In this document: positions 1 to 8,701 of the stretch, piece by piece
Position numbering within the stretch: the stretch's first letter is position 1
How the letters are laid out: every line of letters begins with the position of its first letter
Origin: Dehalococcoidia bacterium
Lineage (GTDB): Bacteria > Chloroflexota > Dehalococcoidia > UBA2979
Assembly (NCBI GenBank): GCA_041390625.1
Contig: JAWKPM010000002.1
Span: forward strand, 130,924 to 194,923
Length of the DNA: 64,000 nt
Direction of reading: 5' to 3'
Notes under the pieces: model-generated
What the model was told of the DNA's origin: nothing
The model's database searches: none
The model's input: only the letters and a program-made list of their open reading frames with translations
Translations under genes and position numbers: made by a program

Positions 1-374
1 ACGGCGACGACCAGTGGCTGCCGATCCTCCTGCACTCGTTCGACGACGAGGACGGGCAGGTGCGTGCCGCCGCCGCCATCGCGGCCGGCCAGCTCCTGAT
101 GGAGGAGGCCATCGACCCCCTCATCCTGCTCGTGGACGACGACGAGGAGGATGTGCAGGTCGCGGCCGTCCAGGCGCTCGGCGAGATCGCCGGCGAGGGC
201 GCCGAGCGGGTGCTCACCGACCTCATGGGCCGTTCCGAGCCCTACCTCCGCGATGCCGCGCGCGAAGCGCTGATCGGCGCTCAGCTGCTCGGCATCGACT
301 TCGAACCCGAGGACGAAGTGGGTGAGGACGATGGGTCGCCCGCGCCTCGCGTCACCGACGAGGACGACGAGTGA
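1..374 (+). CDS. HEAT-repeat protein, C-terminal part (5' end outside window)
   Basis: Frame 3 is open from the window edge (GDDQWLPILLHSFDDEDGQV...) into ORF 60..374. Repeated helices of the AAxALGEIG type are typical of HEAT/PBS-lyase repeats. GTGA overlap with the next gene. Confidence 0.6.
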   Translation, partial: GDDQWLPILLHSFDDEDGQVRAAAAIAAGQLLMEEAIDPLILLVDDDEEDVQVAAVQALGEIAGEGAERVLTDLMGRSEPYLRDAAREALIGAQLLGIDFEPEDEVGEDDGSPAPRVTDEDDE

Positions 375-832
375 CCCGCGAGGCCCCCGTCGAGCGCGCC
401 GTCTCTGCCGGTGGCGTCGTCTACCGCCTCGCCGCCGACCGCGTCGAGGTCGTGCTCGTCGCGCGCCCGCATACGAACCTCTGGGCGCTGCCGAAGGGCA
501 CACCCGAGCCCGGCGAGAGCATCGAGGAGACGGCCCGCCGCGAGGTCGGCGAGGAGACCGGCCTCGAGGTCGCGATCGTCGAGCCCGTCATCGACATCGC
601 GTACTCGTTCCCCCGCCCCCGAGGTGGAGGCCGCGTCGACAAGGTCGTGCACCACTTCCTCATGACCGCCGAGGGTGGCGACGTCGCCGATCACGACCAC
701 GAGTACGACCTCGTCGCCTGGTATGGCGTCGACGAAGCGCTCCGGCTGATGACGTACGATAATGAGCGGAGTGTCGTCGAGCAGGCGGCGCGACTCATCG
801 AGCGCAACCACGTAGACGGATCCGATGGATGA
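371..832 (+). CDS. NUDIX hydrolase
   Basis: Nudix box GTPEPGESIEETARREVGEETGLEV (GX5EX7REUXEEXGU). 153 aa. Coupled to both neighbours by 4-nt overlaps. Confidence 0.85.
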   Translation: MTREAPVERAVSAGGVVYRLAADRVEVVLVARPHTNLWALPKGTPEPGESIEETARREVGEETGLEVAIVEPVIDIAYSFPRPRGGGRVDKVVHHFLMTAEGGDVADHDHEYDLVAWYGVDEALRLMTYDNERSVVEQAARLIERNHVDGSDG

Positions 833-1383
833 CCCAGACCCAGCCTCGCGTTGTCGCCACTGGCCAGCTCGTCCAGCTCCGCGAGAAGCACATCGATGAC
901 GCCCAGCGCGACTACGCCTGGCGTCGCGACCCCGAGCTCGCCGCCTACGACGCCGCTCGCCCGCTCTCGATGTCGTATCGCTCCTTCGTCTCCACCTTCC
1001 GTGAGGAGCTGGAGCACCCGAGCCCGTTCCGGCACACATTCGGCATCGAGGACCCCGCCACCGGCCGCCACATCGGCAACGTCATGTACTACGGCTACGA
1101 GCGCGACGCCGGCGAGGCCGAGCTCGGCATCACCATCGGCGAGCGCGAGTACTGGTCCCGAGGCTTCGGCACCGACACCGTCCGCACCATGCTCCGCTAC
1201 CTCTTCGAAGAGCTGGGCCTTCGCCGTGTCTACCTGCACACACTGACCTGGAACGACCGAGCCCAACAGGCCTTCCACCGCGCCGGGCTCAGCGACGTGA
1301 AGCGCGTCCACCGCGCCGGCTACGACTTCATCCTCATGGACATCACCCGCGAGCAGTTCGAGGCCGGCACCACCCCGGCGTAG
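829..1383 (+). CDS. GNAT family N-acetyltransferase (RimJ/RimL-like)
   Basis: 184 aa. Acetyl-CoA binding region YWSRGFGTDTVRTMLRYLFEELGLRRVYLHTLTWNDRAQQAFHRAGL. ATGA overlap with the NUDIX gene. Confidence 0.8.
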   Translation: MTQTQPRVVATGQLVQLREKHIDDAQRDYAWRRDPELAAYDAARPLSMSYRSFVSTFREELEHPSPFRHTFGIEDPATGRHIGNVMYYGYERDAGEAELGITIGEREYWSRGFGTDTVRTMLRYLFEELGLRRVYLHTLTWNDRAQQAFHRAGLSDVKRVHRAGYDFILMDITREQFEAGTTPA

Positions 1384-1427
1384 CCCCTCTCGGCCGCTTC
1401 CATGCCATCGAGGCCGCAACAAGCAAC

Positions 1428-1455
1428 GAGGCGGCCGTCCGAAGACGACCGCCTC
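1428..1455. terminator. GC-rich hairpin between convergent genes
   Basis: GAGGCGGCCGTC-CGAA-GACGACCGCCTC, a 12-bp stem with 1 mismatch. On the minus strand it is followed by the U-rich-ish run CGTTGCTTGTTG. Confidence 0.4.
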
Positions 1456-1480
1456 GCGATCGACAGTCCGAGGACTGAAG

Positions 1481-2431
1481 CTAGCTGCGGGGCGCCACCA
1501 CGCCACGGCCCGGGATATCCAGGTCCGGCGCCGGCGGGGCCGGGTTCGCCAGGCCCGCCATCAGCGTGGGCACGCGCTGCGACAGCAGGTCGAAGTCCCA
1601 CATCTCGTGGGTCTGGATCGTGCGGTACGGCGTCTCGTCGTGAGCCAGGGACACGTTGCCCGAGTTCACGTAGAACACCTTGCCGTTGATGTTCCAGGCC
1701 TGGTCCGTGCAGAGGTAGCCCACCATCGGCGCCACCAGCTCGGGGCCTCGAAGGTCGTCGCCCGCGCGACGCTGCACCGCGATGCCTGCCCGCTGACGAA
1801 GCGCGGTCGCGGCCTCCGGCACCGACTGCGTCATGCGCGTGTTCGCGCCGGGCGCAATCGAGTTCGCCGTCACGCCGTAGCGGCCCAGATCGCGCGCGAG
1901 GCAGCGGCCCATACCAGCGATGCCCGCCTTCGCGGCGCCGTAGTTCGCCTGACCGGCGTTGCCGTTCAGGCCGGAGCCCGAGGAGAAGCCGATGATGCGG
2001 CCGTAGCGCTGCTGGCGCATGAGGATGGAGGCCGGCTTGGCCACGTTGAAGTAGCCGTCCAGGTGGACCGCGATGACCGCGTCCCACTCCTCCTTCGTCA
2101 TGTTGAAGACCATGCGGTCGCGCAGGATGCCGGCGACGTGGATCACCGCGTCAATGCGGCCCCAGGCGTCGACGGCCTGCTTGATCATGTTCTCGCCACC
2201 CTCGACGGTGGCGACGGTGTCGTAGTTCGCGAGGGCCGTGCCGCCCGCCGCGGTGATCTCGTTGACCACCGTGTCCGCGGGACCGGCGTCGCTGCCGCTG
2301 CCGTCCACGTTCACGCCCGGGTCGTTCACGATGACGTTCGCGCCGTGCTTGGCGACGAACTTCGCGACCTCGGCACCGATGCCGCGACCCGAGCCGGTCA
2401 CGACGATGTTTCGTCCGTCCAGTGCTCCCAT
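1481..2431 (-). CDS. SDR oxidoreductase, MFE-2-like (R)-3-hydroxyacyl-CoA dehydrogenase type
   Basis: VTGSGRGIG cofactor motif, YGAAKAG (YxxxK), and the NDPGVNVDGSG..AD.VV insertion typical of HSD17B4-type dehydrogenases. 316 aa. Confidence 0.85.
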   Translation of the reverse strand: MGALDGRNIVVTGSGRGIGAEVAKFVAKHGANVIVNDPGVNVDGSGSDAGPADTVVNEITAAGGTALANYDTVATVEGGENMIKQAVDAWGRIDAVIHVAGILRDRMVFNMTKEEWDAVIAVHLDGYFNVAKPASILMRQQRYGRIIGFSSGSGLNGNAGQANYGAAKAGIAGMGRCLARDLGRYGVTANSIAPGANTRMTQSVPEAATALRQRAGIAVQRRAGDDLRGPELVAPMVGYLCTDQAWNINGKVFYVNSGNVSLAHDETPYRTIQTHEMWDFDLLSQRVPTLMAGLANPAPPAPDLDIPGRGVVAPRS

Positions 2432-2448
2432 TGTCGTTCTTACCTCGC

Positions 2449-3432
2449 CTAGCTCAGCGCCTGCGCGGCCGTGTCGCGGCCGGGAACCTCGACGTCGTCA
2501 CGCGGCGGTGCCGGGTTGTCGATGCCCTGCATCAGCACGTTCTGGACGGCGTCGTCCAGCTCCGGCAGCGTCCACACGCCGTTGTTGAACACCGTGCGCA
2601 TCGCCACCGGGTGGTTGGCCACGGAGACCGTGCCGCCCGACACGTTGAAGATGTAGCCGTTGATGTTCCACGCGGCGTCGGACGCGAGGTACGCGCACAT
2701 CGGCGCGACCATCTCGGGGCCCATCGCGCCGCGCTTGTAGCGGCTCTCGGGCGGCTGCGCCCCCTGGCTCGCCGCACCGCTGATGCCGGCGCGCGAGCGG
2801 AGCTCGCGAGCGCTGTCCGGCACGGACTGCGTCATGCGGGTGGCCGCGCCGGGCGCGATCACGTTCGCCGTGACGCCGTAGCGGCCGAGGTCCTTCGCCA
2901 GGACGCGGGTGAAGCCCGCCACGCCGGCCTTCGCCGCGCCGTAGTTCGCCTGGCCGGTGTTGCCGATCAGGCCGGACGTCGAGGACCAGTTCAGGATGCG
3001 CCCGTAGCGCTGCTGCCGCATGAGCACGGCCGCCGGCTTCGAGGTGTGGAACTGACCGGTGAGGTGCACGTCGATGACGTCGCGCCACTCCTCCGGCGTC
3101 ATGTTGAAGATCATGCGGTCACGCAGGATGCCGGCCACGTTGCAGAGCACGTCGATGCGTCCCCACGTGTCCACGGCCTGCTTGATCATGTTCTCGCCGC
3201 CCTCGGGCGTCGCGACGGTGTCGTAGTTCGCCACCGCCTCGCCACCCGCGGCCTTGATCTGCTCGACCGTCTGGTCGGCCGGACCGTTGTCGTGGCCGGA
3301 GCCGTCCACGTTCACGCCGGGGTCGTTGACCACGACCTTCGCGCCCTGCTCGGCGAAGTACAACGCGACGCCCTGGCCGATTCCGCGGCCGGAGCCCGTG
3401 ACGACGGCGATCTTGCCGTCTAGAGCACCCAT
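2449..3432 (-). CDS. SDR oxidoreductase, tandem paralog of the previous gene
   Basis: Same motifs (VTGSGRGIG, YGAAKAG, NDPGVNVDGSG). Start moved to the ATG at 3432 (MGALDGK...), preceded by GGAAGGAAGG. The ORF-track start 3456 gives 8 extra residues. Confidence 0.85.
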   Translation of the reverse strand: MGALDGKIAVVTGSGRGIGQGVALYFAEQGAKVVVNDPGVNVDGSGHDNGPADQTVEQIKAAGGEAVANYDTVATPEGGENMIKQAVDTWGRIDVLCNVAGILRDRMIFNMTPEEWRDVIDVHLTGQFHTSKPAAVLMRQQRYGRILNWSSTSGLIGNTGQANYGAAKAGVAGFTRVLAKDLGRYGVTANVIAPGAATRMTQSVPDSARELRSRAGISGAASQGAQPPESRYKRGAMGPEMVAPMCAYLASDAAWNINGYIFNVSGGTVSVANHPVAMRTVFNNGVWTLPELDDAVQNVLMQGIDNPAPPRDDVEVPGRDTAAQALS

Positions 3433-3591
3433 AACCCTTCCTTCCCTCCACCCCACACGGGGTCCCGGTGCATGTCATGATTGCCCGCCCCTGGCAGGGT
3501 CGAGCGCTGCGCCCGATGAGGTACGCCAACACCCAGCGTCAGAACGATCGAGTGCGCCGCACGGCAGATTGGCCCGGGCTGGCCGCGCGGA

Positions 3592-3620
3592 ACGATATCC
3601 CTGCCCCCTGCCGGTGTCAA
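3592..3620 (-). promoter_or_regulatory. Candidate sigma-70-type promoter for the SDR pair
   Basis: Minus strand reads TTGACA (3620..3615), 17 nt, TATCGT (3597..3592). This would give a leader of about 150 nt before the ATG at 3432. Confidence 0.35.
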
Positions 3621-3669
3621 CGAACGGAGGTGATGCGCCCCGTCGAGGCCGTCACCCCTGCTCTCGAAC

Positions 3670-4473
3670 CTACGAGCTGGCCAGTGCGCGCACGTGCGGG
3701 TGGTTCTCCGGCCGGCCTCGGAACTCTGGCGTCTCGCGCGCCGCGCGCTCCCGCCGGATCTCCGCAAGCTCCGCCCAGCGCTGCTCCACGTCCGAGGGCA
3801 CGTCGTGGTAGAGCGGGTTCGCGATCTTGTCGCCCTTCGTGCGGTCGAGGGGCCAGAACCGTCCCCTGCGCATTGCCTCGATGAGCTCGCGCTCGGTCTT
3901 GATGTCGTCCGCGAACCAGGTTGCCGTCTTGCCCAGGTCCTTCGGCTCGTGGCAGTCGTCGGCTGCCGTGCCCGGCATCCCCATCTCGCGCGCCAGCGTG
4001 TCGGAGAACGTGTTCTCTTTCAGCGTGCCGCGCCCGTTCACGACCTCCATGGCGACCACGAAGCGGTACATCGAGTTCCGCTCCGCCCGCACCAGGGACT
4101 CGGCGTAGTCGTCTTCCTTCTCCCAGCGCCACGGCATCTGTCGCCGGTATGGGTGCGCCGCGATCATCACGCCGTCGACGCGCGCCACGTGCCCCGCCAG
4201 CTCCTCGGCCCGATGCATGCCGAACACGTACTCGTGCAGGCCCAGGCACACGCAGTGCCCGTCCTCGGTGTTCAGCTCCATGCCACGGAACACCCGAATG
4301 TCCTGGTGCCGCGCCTGCAGCGCCTCGTACTCCGCGAGGTCCCACGCCCAGTCGTGCTCCGTGAGGATCATCGCGTCGAGGCCGACCTGCTTCGCGAGGT
4401 CCACCGCCTCGTCGGCCGTCAGGAACGAGTCCCACGAGTTCGGGTGCGTGTGCGTGTGCATGCCGATGATCAT
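3670..4473 (-). CDS. PHP-domain metal-dependent phosphoesterase
   Basis: N-terminal MIIGMHTHTHPNSWDS plus later H/D metal-ligand pattern (ILTEHD, AAHPYR). 267 aa. Confidence 0.75.
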   Translation of the reverse strand: MIIGMHTHTHPNSWDSFLTADEAVDLAKQVGLDAMILTEHDWAWDLAEYEALQARHQDIRVFRGMELNTEDGHCVCLGLHEYVFGMHRAEELAGHVARVDGVMIAAHPYRRQMPWRWEKEDDYAESLVRAERNSMYRFVVAMEVVNGRGTLKENTFSDTLAREMGMPGTAADDCHEPKDLGKTATWFADDIKTERELIEAMRRGRFWPLDRTKGDKIANPLYHDVPSDVEQRWAELAEIRRERAARETPEFRGRPENHPHVRALASS

Positions 4474-4542
4474 CGTGCCTCGATTGCTCGCGACCCCCTC
4501 GAGGGTTCGCCTGCGCCGACTCTACACAAGCCCTACACAACA

Positions 4543-4574
4543 CGGACGGGGGCGACGACCGCCGCCCCCGTCCG
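4543..4574 (-). terminator. Hairpin after the thiolase-fold gene
   Basis: CGGACGGGGGCG / CGCCCCCGTCCG, a 12-bp stem. The minus strand continues GTGTTGTGTAGGGCTTGTG. Confidence 0.4.
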
Positions 4575-4627
4575 CCATCATCGCACGCGATGGCCCTCGT
4601 GCGCCCCGGCTTGCCGAGGCGCCTCGC

Positions 4628-5848
4628 CTAGTCGGCGGTGAGGACGATCGTGCCCGTCGTCGACAGCGAACCGCCCGTGCCGTTCACCACTGCCGACTTC
4701 GCGCTCGTCTGGCGACCCGGCAGACCGATGCCCGGCGCCTCGGCCGTGCCGGCCAGCTGCCGCTGCGCCTCCACCAGCAGCATCATGCCGTACATGCCGG
4801 AGTGGCTGAACGACAGGCCGCCGCCGTTGGTGTTCACCGGGAACTTGCCGCCCGGGCTCGCGTTGCCGTCCGCCCACAGGCTCGTACCCTCGCCCCGAGG
4901 CGTCAGGCCCAGCATCTCCGCGGTCACGCCGGCGGTGTACGTGAACGAGTCGTAGATCATGGCCATTTCCATGTCTTCCGGACCCATCCCCGCCATCTTG
5001 TAGGCGCGGGCCGAGGAGTCACGCGCGGACGTCGCCGTGAAGTCCTCCATCTGCGTCAGGCTGGAGTGGCTCATCGCCTCGCCCGCACCGGCCACCCAGA
5101 CCGGCTTGTTGCGCAGGCCCTTCGCCGCCGCCGCCGAGGCCACGATCACGGCACCGCCGTGGTCGGTCACGAGGCAGCAGTCGAGGAGGTTGAGCGGCCA
5201 CGAGATGACGCGCGAGTTCAGCACGTCCTCGATCGTGATCGGGCCACCGTTCGGGTTGGTCTCCTTCGAGTGCATGACCGCCTTCGGGTTGAGGCCGGCC
5301 CACTCGCGCGTCACGACGGCGATCTGCGCGAACGCCTCCTTCGAGACGCCGAAGCGGTGCATGTAGCGGTTCATCGCGTGCGAGTAGCTCGAGGGCGCGC
5401 CTGCCAGGCCGTAGGGGCTCTCGAACTGCGAGGCCGGTGCCCACGGGTCGAGCTGGCCGCGTGTGCCGCCGGTGCCCTTGCCCTGGCGGCGGCCACCGGA
5501 GTAGCCGGACTCGCCGTGCGAGATCACCGCGATGTCGAAGATGCCGGCGTTGATGGCCGCCAGCGCGTGGTGCACGTACATCACGAACGCCGAGCCACCG
5601 ACGACCGTGCTGTCGAAGTACTTCGGCTTGATGCCGAGGTACTCGGCCAGTCCCGGCGACTGCATGCCGCCGACGCCACCGGCCGAGAACACGGCCTCGA
5701 TCTGGTTGATCTGGATGCCGGCATCCGCAGCGGCGTTCTTGATCGCCTCCGCGTGCAGCATCAACGAGGTCTTCTCGGGGACGTATCCGATCTTGTCGGA
5801 TTCACCGGCGCCGACGAGCGCCGCCTGCATCGAGGGATTGTTGGGCAT
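4628..5848 (-). CDS. Thiolase-fold protein (SCP-x/Ltp2-like, partner of DUF35 protein)
   Basis: 406 aa with thiolase-like N and C halves (GGLSFSHSGMYG near the C-terminus). It has GGSAF where thiolases carry the nucleophilic Cys. The adjacent DUF35 gene is the typical partner. Confidence 0.75.
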   Translation of the reverse strand: MPNNPSMQAALVGAGESDKIGYVPEKTSLMLHAEAIKNAAADAGIQINQIEAVFSAGGVGGMQSPGLAEYLGIKPKYFDSTVVGGSAFVMYVHHALAAINAGIFDIAVISHGESGYSGGRRQGKGTGGTRGQLDPWAPASQFESPYGLAGAPSSYSHAMNRYMHRFGVSKEAFAQIAVVTREWAGLNPKAVMHSKETNPNGGPITIEDVLNSRVISWPLNLLDCCLVTDHGGAVIVASAAAAKGLRNKPVWVAGAGEAMSHSSLTQMEDFTATSARDSSARAYKMAGMGPEDMEMAMIYDSFTYTAGVTAEMLGLTPRGEGTSLWADGNASPGGKFPVNTNGGGLSFSHSGMYGMMLLVEAQRQLAGTAEAPGIGLPGRQTSAKSAVVNGTGGSLSTTGTIVLTAD

Positions 5849-5908
5849 CGTCTGTCCTTCTGCTGCGCGCCACCTCAGCGGCGCGATTCGACGTCGAGGG
5901 GCGGTCGG

Positions 5909-6328
5909 CTAGCCGACCACGCGCCAGTACGGCACGGAGATCTCGTCGCTGGCCTCTTCGAACTCGATCTTGACCGGCGCACCGATCTTGATGGAGTCCG
6001 GGTTCGTCGCGTCGACGCCCTTGAGGACGGTGAGCATGCGCCCACCCTCGTTCATGTCGATGAAGGCGGTGGCGAACGGAACCTCTTCGGCCCAGCCGCC
6101 GAAGGCGCGCTGCTGCACCGCGAAGGTGTGGATCGTCCCCTCGCCGGAGGCCTCGATCCACTCGATGTTGAAGCTCTGGCAGTGCGGGCAAATGATCCGA
6201 GGGTAGAAGTGGACCTTGTTGCAGTCCGTGCAGCGGGGAAGCATCAGCTTCCCGGCCTTGGCGCCGTCCCAGAACGGCTGCGTGACATAGGGGTCGGCTT
6301 CCGGAATAGGCTTATTGTAGTCCGCCAA
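5909..6328 (-). CDS. DUF35 OB-fold / zinc-ribbon acyl-CoA-associated protein
   Basis: CTDCNKVHFYPRIICPHCQS rubredoxin-like ribbon followed by an OB-fold segment. 139 aa. TTG start. Confidence 0.8.
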   Translation of the reverse strand: MADYNKPIPEADPYVTQPFWDGAKAGKLMLPRCTDCNKVHFYPRIICPHCQSFNIEWIEASGEGTIHTFAVQQRAFGGWAEEVPFATAFIDMNEGGRMLTVLKGVDATNPDSIKIGAPVKIEFEEASDEISVPYWRVVG

Positions 6329-6688
6329 CGACCGCTCCTTCAGCGCTGTTGCCGCGTTTGCACGGTCGAGGACGGCGAGGCCGGAACCGCCTCTCGAGGC
6401 CGGTCACCGGTGCCGTGCGAAGCGCCGGGGAGTCCGCCGCAGATTCGGTTCGCGCGCCGCTGTCGCGACCGCGGCAGACTCTACCGGGGGCTCATATCGG
6501 GGGTCAACAACGCACGTTGGCATCGCGGCAAGGGGCGCTCGACGCTCGCCTGACGCACCGTCCGCGGCGCCCTCGGAGCGCCCGTTCACGCTTCAGCCCA
6601 GTTTCATTGCGCCCCATATGGGCCCGTGCTACGGTGCCGCCCGAATCACGGGGGCGCACTGCTCGCCATCCTTGGGGGAGTCGCACTG

Positions 6689-7084
6689 GTGATCCCAGAG
6701 CAGTTCGGGCGTGTCGGTCTCCTCGTCGGCCTCGCCCTCGCATTTCCCGCTCTGCCGCTCGTCGTTTCCCAGGTGCTCTACCGCTTCAAGTTCCGGCCCG
6801 AGCACCCGGATCCGGTCAAGAACGCGACGTACGAGTGTGGCGTGGAGTCCGAGGGCACCGCGTGGGGGCAGTTCAACGCGCGCTACTACATCTTCGCCCT
6901 GGGCTTCGTCATCTTCGATGTTGAGGTGATCTTCCTGTACCCGTGGGCGGTCAACCACATCGGCCTCTCCGCCGGCTCGTTCGAGGACGCAGCGTTCGCC
7001 CTCGCGAAGGCCACCCTTTTTATCGGCGTGCTCGCACTCGGCCTCGCCTACGCGTGGCGTCGCGGCGCCCTGGAGTGGCGCTAG
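6689..7084 (+). CDS. nuoA: NADH-quinone oxidoreductase subunit A
   Basis: YECGVES...FNARYYIFALGFVIFDVEVIFLYPWAV. The GTG at 6689 has GGGGGAG 8 nt upstream and gives a typical 131-aa length. The ORF-track start 6626 (GTG) is possible. Confidence 0.85.
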   Translation: MIPEQFGRVGLLVGLALAFPALPLVVSQVLYRFKFRPEHPDPVKNATYECGVESEGTAWGQFNARYYIFALGFVIFDVEVIFLYPWAVNHIGLSAGSFEDAAFALAKATLFIGVLALGLAYAWRRGALEWR

Positions 7085-7085
7085 C

Positions 7086-7601
7086 GTGCCGCGTGCGTCT
7101 CGCCAGCTCGAGGGCACTCGTGTCGCCGAACGCCTCGAGGCCGCGCTCCCCGGCATCGTCACCCGCTCCACCGAGGAGTGGGTCGAGGTCGTGCCGGCCC
7201 GCGTCATCGAGGCGCTGCAGTGGCTCCACGACGACGACGAGCTCGATGCTGCCCAGCTTTCATGCCTCACGGCCGTCGACCGCCACACGACCTTCGAGGT
7301 CGTCTACCACCTGCAGTCGCTCGACCGGAACCACCAGATCGTGGTGAAGGCGATCCTGACCGACCACGACACACCGGCCCTCCCGAGCTCGTATCCCGTC
7401 TACAAGGGCGCGCTGCTCCAGGAGGACGAGGTCTACGACCTCTTCGGCATCCGCTTCGACGGCCACCCGAACCTCAGGCGGCTCTTCCTCTGGGACGGCT
7501 ACCTGGGCCACCCGCTGCGCAAGGACTTCCTGCAGCTCGAAGGCCGCTTCCCGGGTTTGCCGATGTTCCCGTTCGAGGAGAAGGGAGTCCAGGTCCGATG
7601 A
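7086..7601 (+). CDS. nuoC: NADH-quinone oxidoreductase subunit C
   Basis: FEVVYHLQS...EDEVYDLFGIRFDGHPNLRRLFL motif. The GTG start lies 1 nt after the nuoA stop, leaving no room for nuoB. Confidence 0.9.
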   Translation: MPRASRQLEGTRVAERLEAALPGIVTRSTEEWVEVVPARVIEALQWLHDDDELDAAQLSCLTAVDRHTTFEVVYHLQSLDRNHQIVVKAILTDHDTPALPSSYPVYKGALLQEDEVYDLFGIRFDGHPNLRRLFLWDGYLGHPLRKDFLQLEGRFPGLPMFPFEEKGVQVR

Positions 7602-8701
7602 CGACCGCGACCGACCCCTACGTCCTCAACATCGGCCCGCAGCACCCCTCGACGCACGGCGTCTTCCGCCTGCGCGTCGTGATGGACGGCGAGCGCATCC
7701 AGGACGTCGAGATGATCGTGGGCTACCTCCACCGCTCGATGGAGAAGCTCGCCGAGGAGCGGACGTTCACCCAGAACATCCCCTTCACCGACCGCGCGGA
7801 CTACCTCGCCGGCATGTCGAACAACCTCGGCTACGTCCTCGCCGCCGAGCTGCTGTCCGGCGTCGAGGTGCCTGAGCGCGCCCAGTACCTGCGCGTCATC
7901 TTCGCCGAGCTCCAGCGCATCGCCAGCCACGCGATGTCCAACGGTCAGCTCGTCTCCGACGCCGGCGCGTGGCAGACGCCGCTCCTGTACATGTGGCGCG
8001 AGCGCGAGAAGATCCTCGACCTCTTCGAGATGACCTGCGGCGCCCGCCTGACGACCAACTACATGCGCATCGGCGGCGTCGCCTTCGACCCGCCGCCCGA
8101 GTTCTACCCCGCCGTGAACCAGCTCCTCGAGGAGCTGCCCGAGCGCATCGAGGAGTATCACCGCCTCCTCATCGACAACGAGATCTTCCTCGCCCGTACC
8201 CAGGGCGTCGGCACCATCACCGCCGAGGACGCCATCAACGGCTCACTCACCGGCCCCATGCTGCGCGCCTCGGGCGTGCCGTGGGACCTCCGCAAGGCGG
8301 AGCCGTACTGCGTCTACGACCGCATGGAGTTCGATATTCCGGTCGGCCGCCACGGCGACGCCTACGACCGCTTCATGGTGCGGATGGAAGAGGTGAAGCA
8401 GTCCGTCCGCATCATCCGCCAGGCGCTCGACGAGATGCCCGTCGGTGCACATAAGACCGACATCCCGCTCGCGCTGAGGCCCGCGCCCGGCGAGGCCTAC
8501 GCCCGCGTCGAAGGCCCGCGAGGCGAGCTCGGCTTCTACGTCGTCTCGGACGGTGGCCCCGCCCCGTATCGATTCCACGTGCGGCCGCCCTCGCTCATCA
8601 ACCTCTCGCTGCTGCGCGAGATGGCGATCGGCGCCTCGCTGCCCGATGCCGTGGTCGCCCTCGGCTCCATCGACATCGTCGTGGGGGAGATCGACCGATG
8701 A
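7598..8701 (+). CDS. nuoD: NADH-quinone oxidoreductase subunit D
   Basis: MTTATDPYVLNIGPQHPSTHGVFRL... 367 aa. ATGA overlap with nuoC. The upstream part of ORF 7178..8701 is a shadow of nuoC. Confidence 0.9.
   Translation: MTTATDPYVLNIGPQHPSTHGVFRLRVVMDGERIQDVEMIVGYLHRSMEKLAEERTFTQNIPFTDRADYLAGMSNNLGYVLAAELLSGVEVPERAQYLRVIFAELQRIASHAMSNGQLVSDAGAWQTPLLYMWREREKILDLFEMTCGARLTTNYMRIGGVAFDPPPEFYPAVNQLLEELPERIEEYHRLLIDNEIFLARTQGVGTITAEDAINGSLTGPMLRASGVPWDLRKAEPYCVYDRMEFDIPVGRHGDAYDRFMVRMEEVKQSVRIIRQALDEMPVGAHKTDIPLALRPAPGEAYARVEGPRGELGFYVVSDGGPAPYRFHVRPPSLINLSLLREMAIGASLPDAVVALGSIDIVVGEIDR

Noticed and set aside
4217-6553. 778-aa plus-strand ORF
   Set aside because: It lies antisense to the thiolase-fold and DUF35 genes. 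It is Arg/Ala/Pro/Gly-rich and low-complexity, with no recognisable motif. This is a typical shadow ORF in high-GC DNA.
7178-7597. N-terminal 140 residues of ORF 7178..8701
   Set aside because: This part overlaps nuoC in another frame and is Arg/Pro-rich. The conserved NuoD N-terminus begins at the ATG at 7598, which overlaps the nuoC stop.
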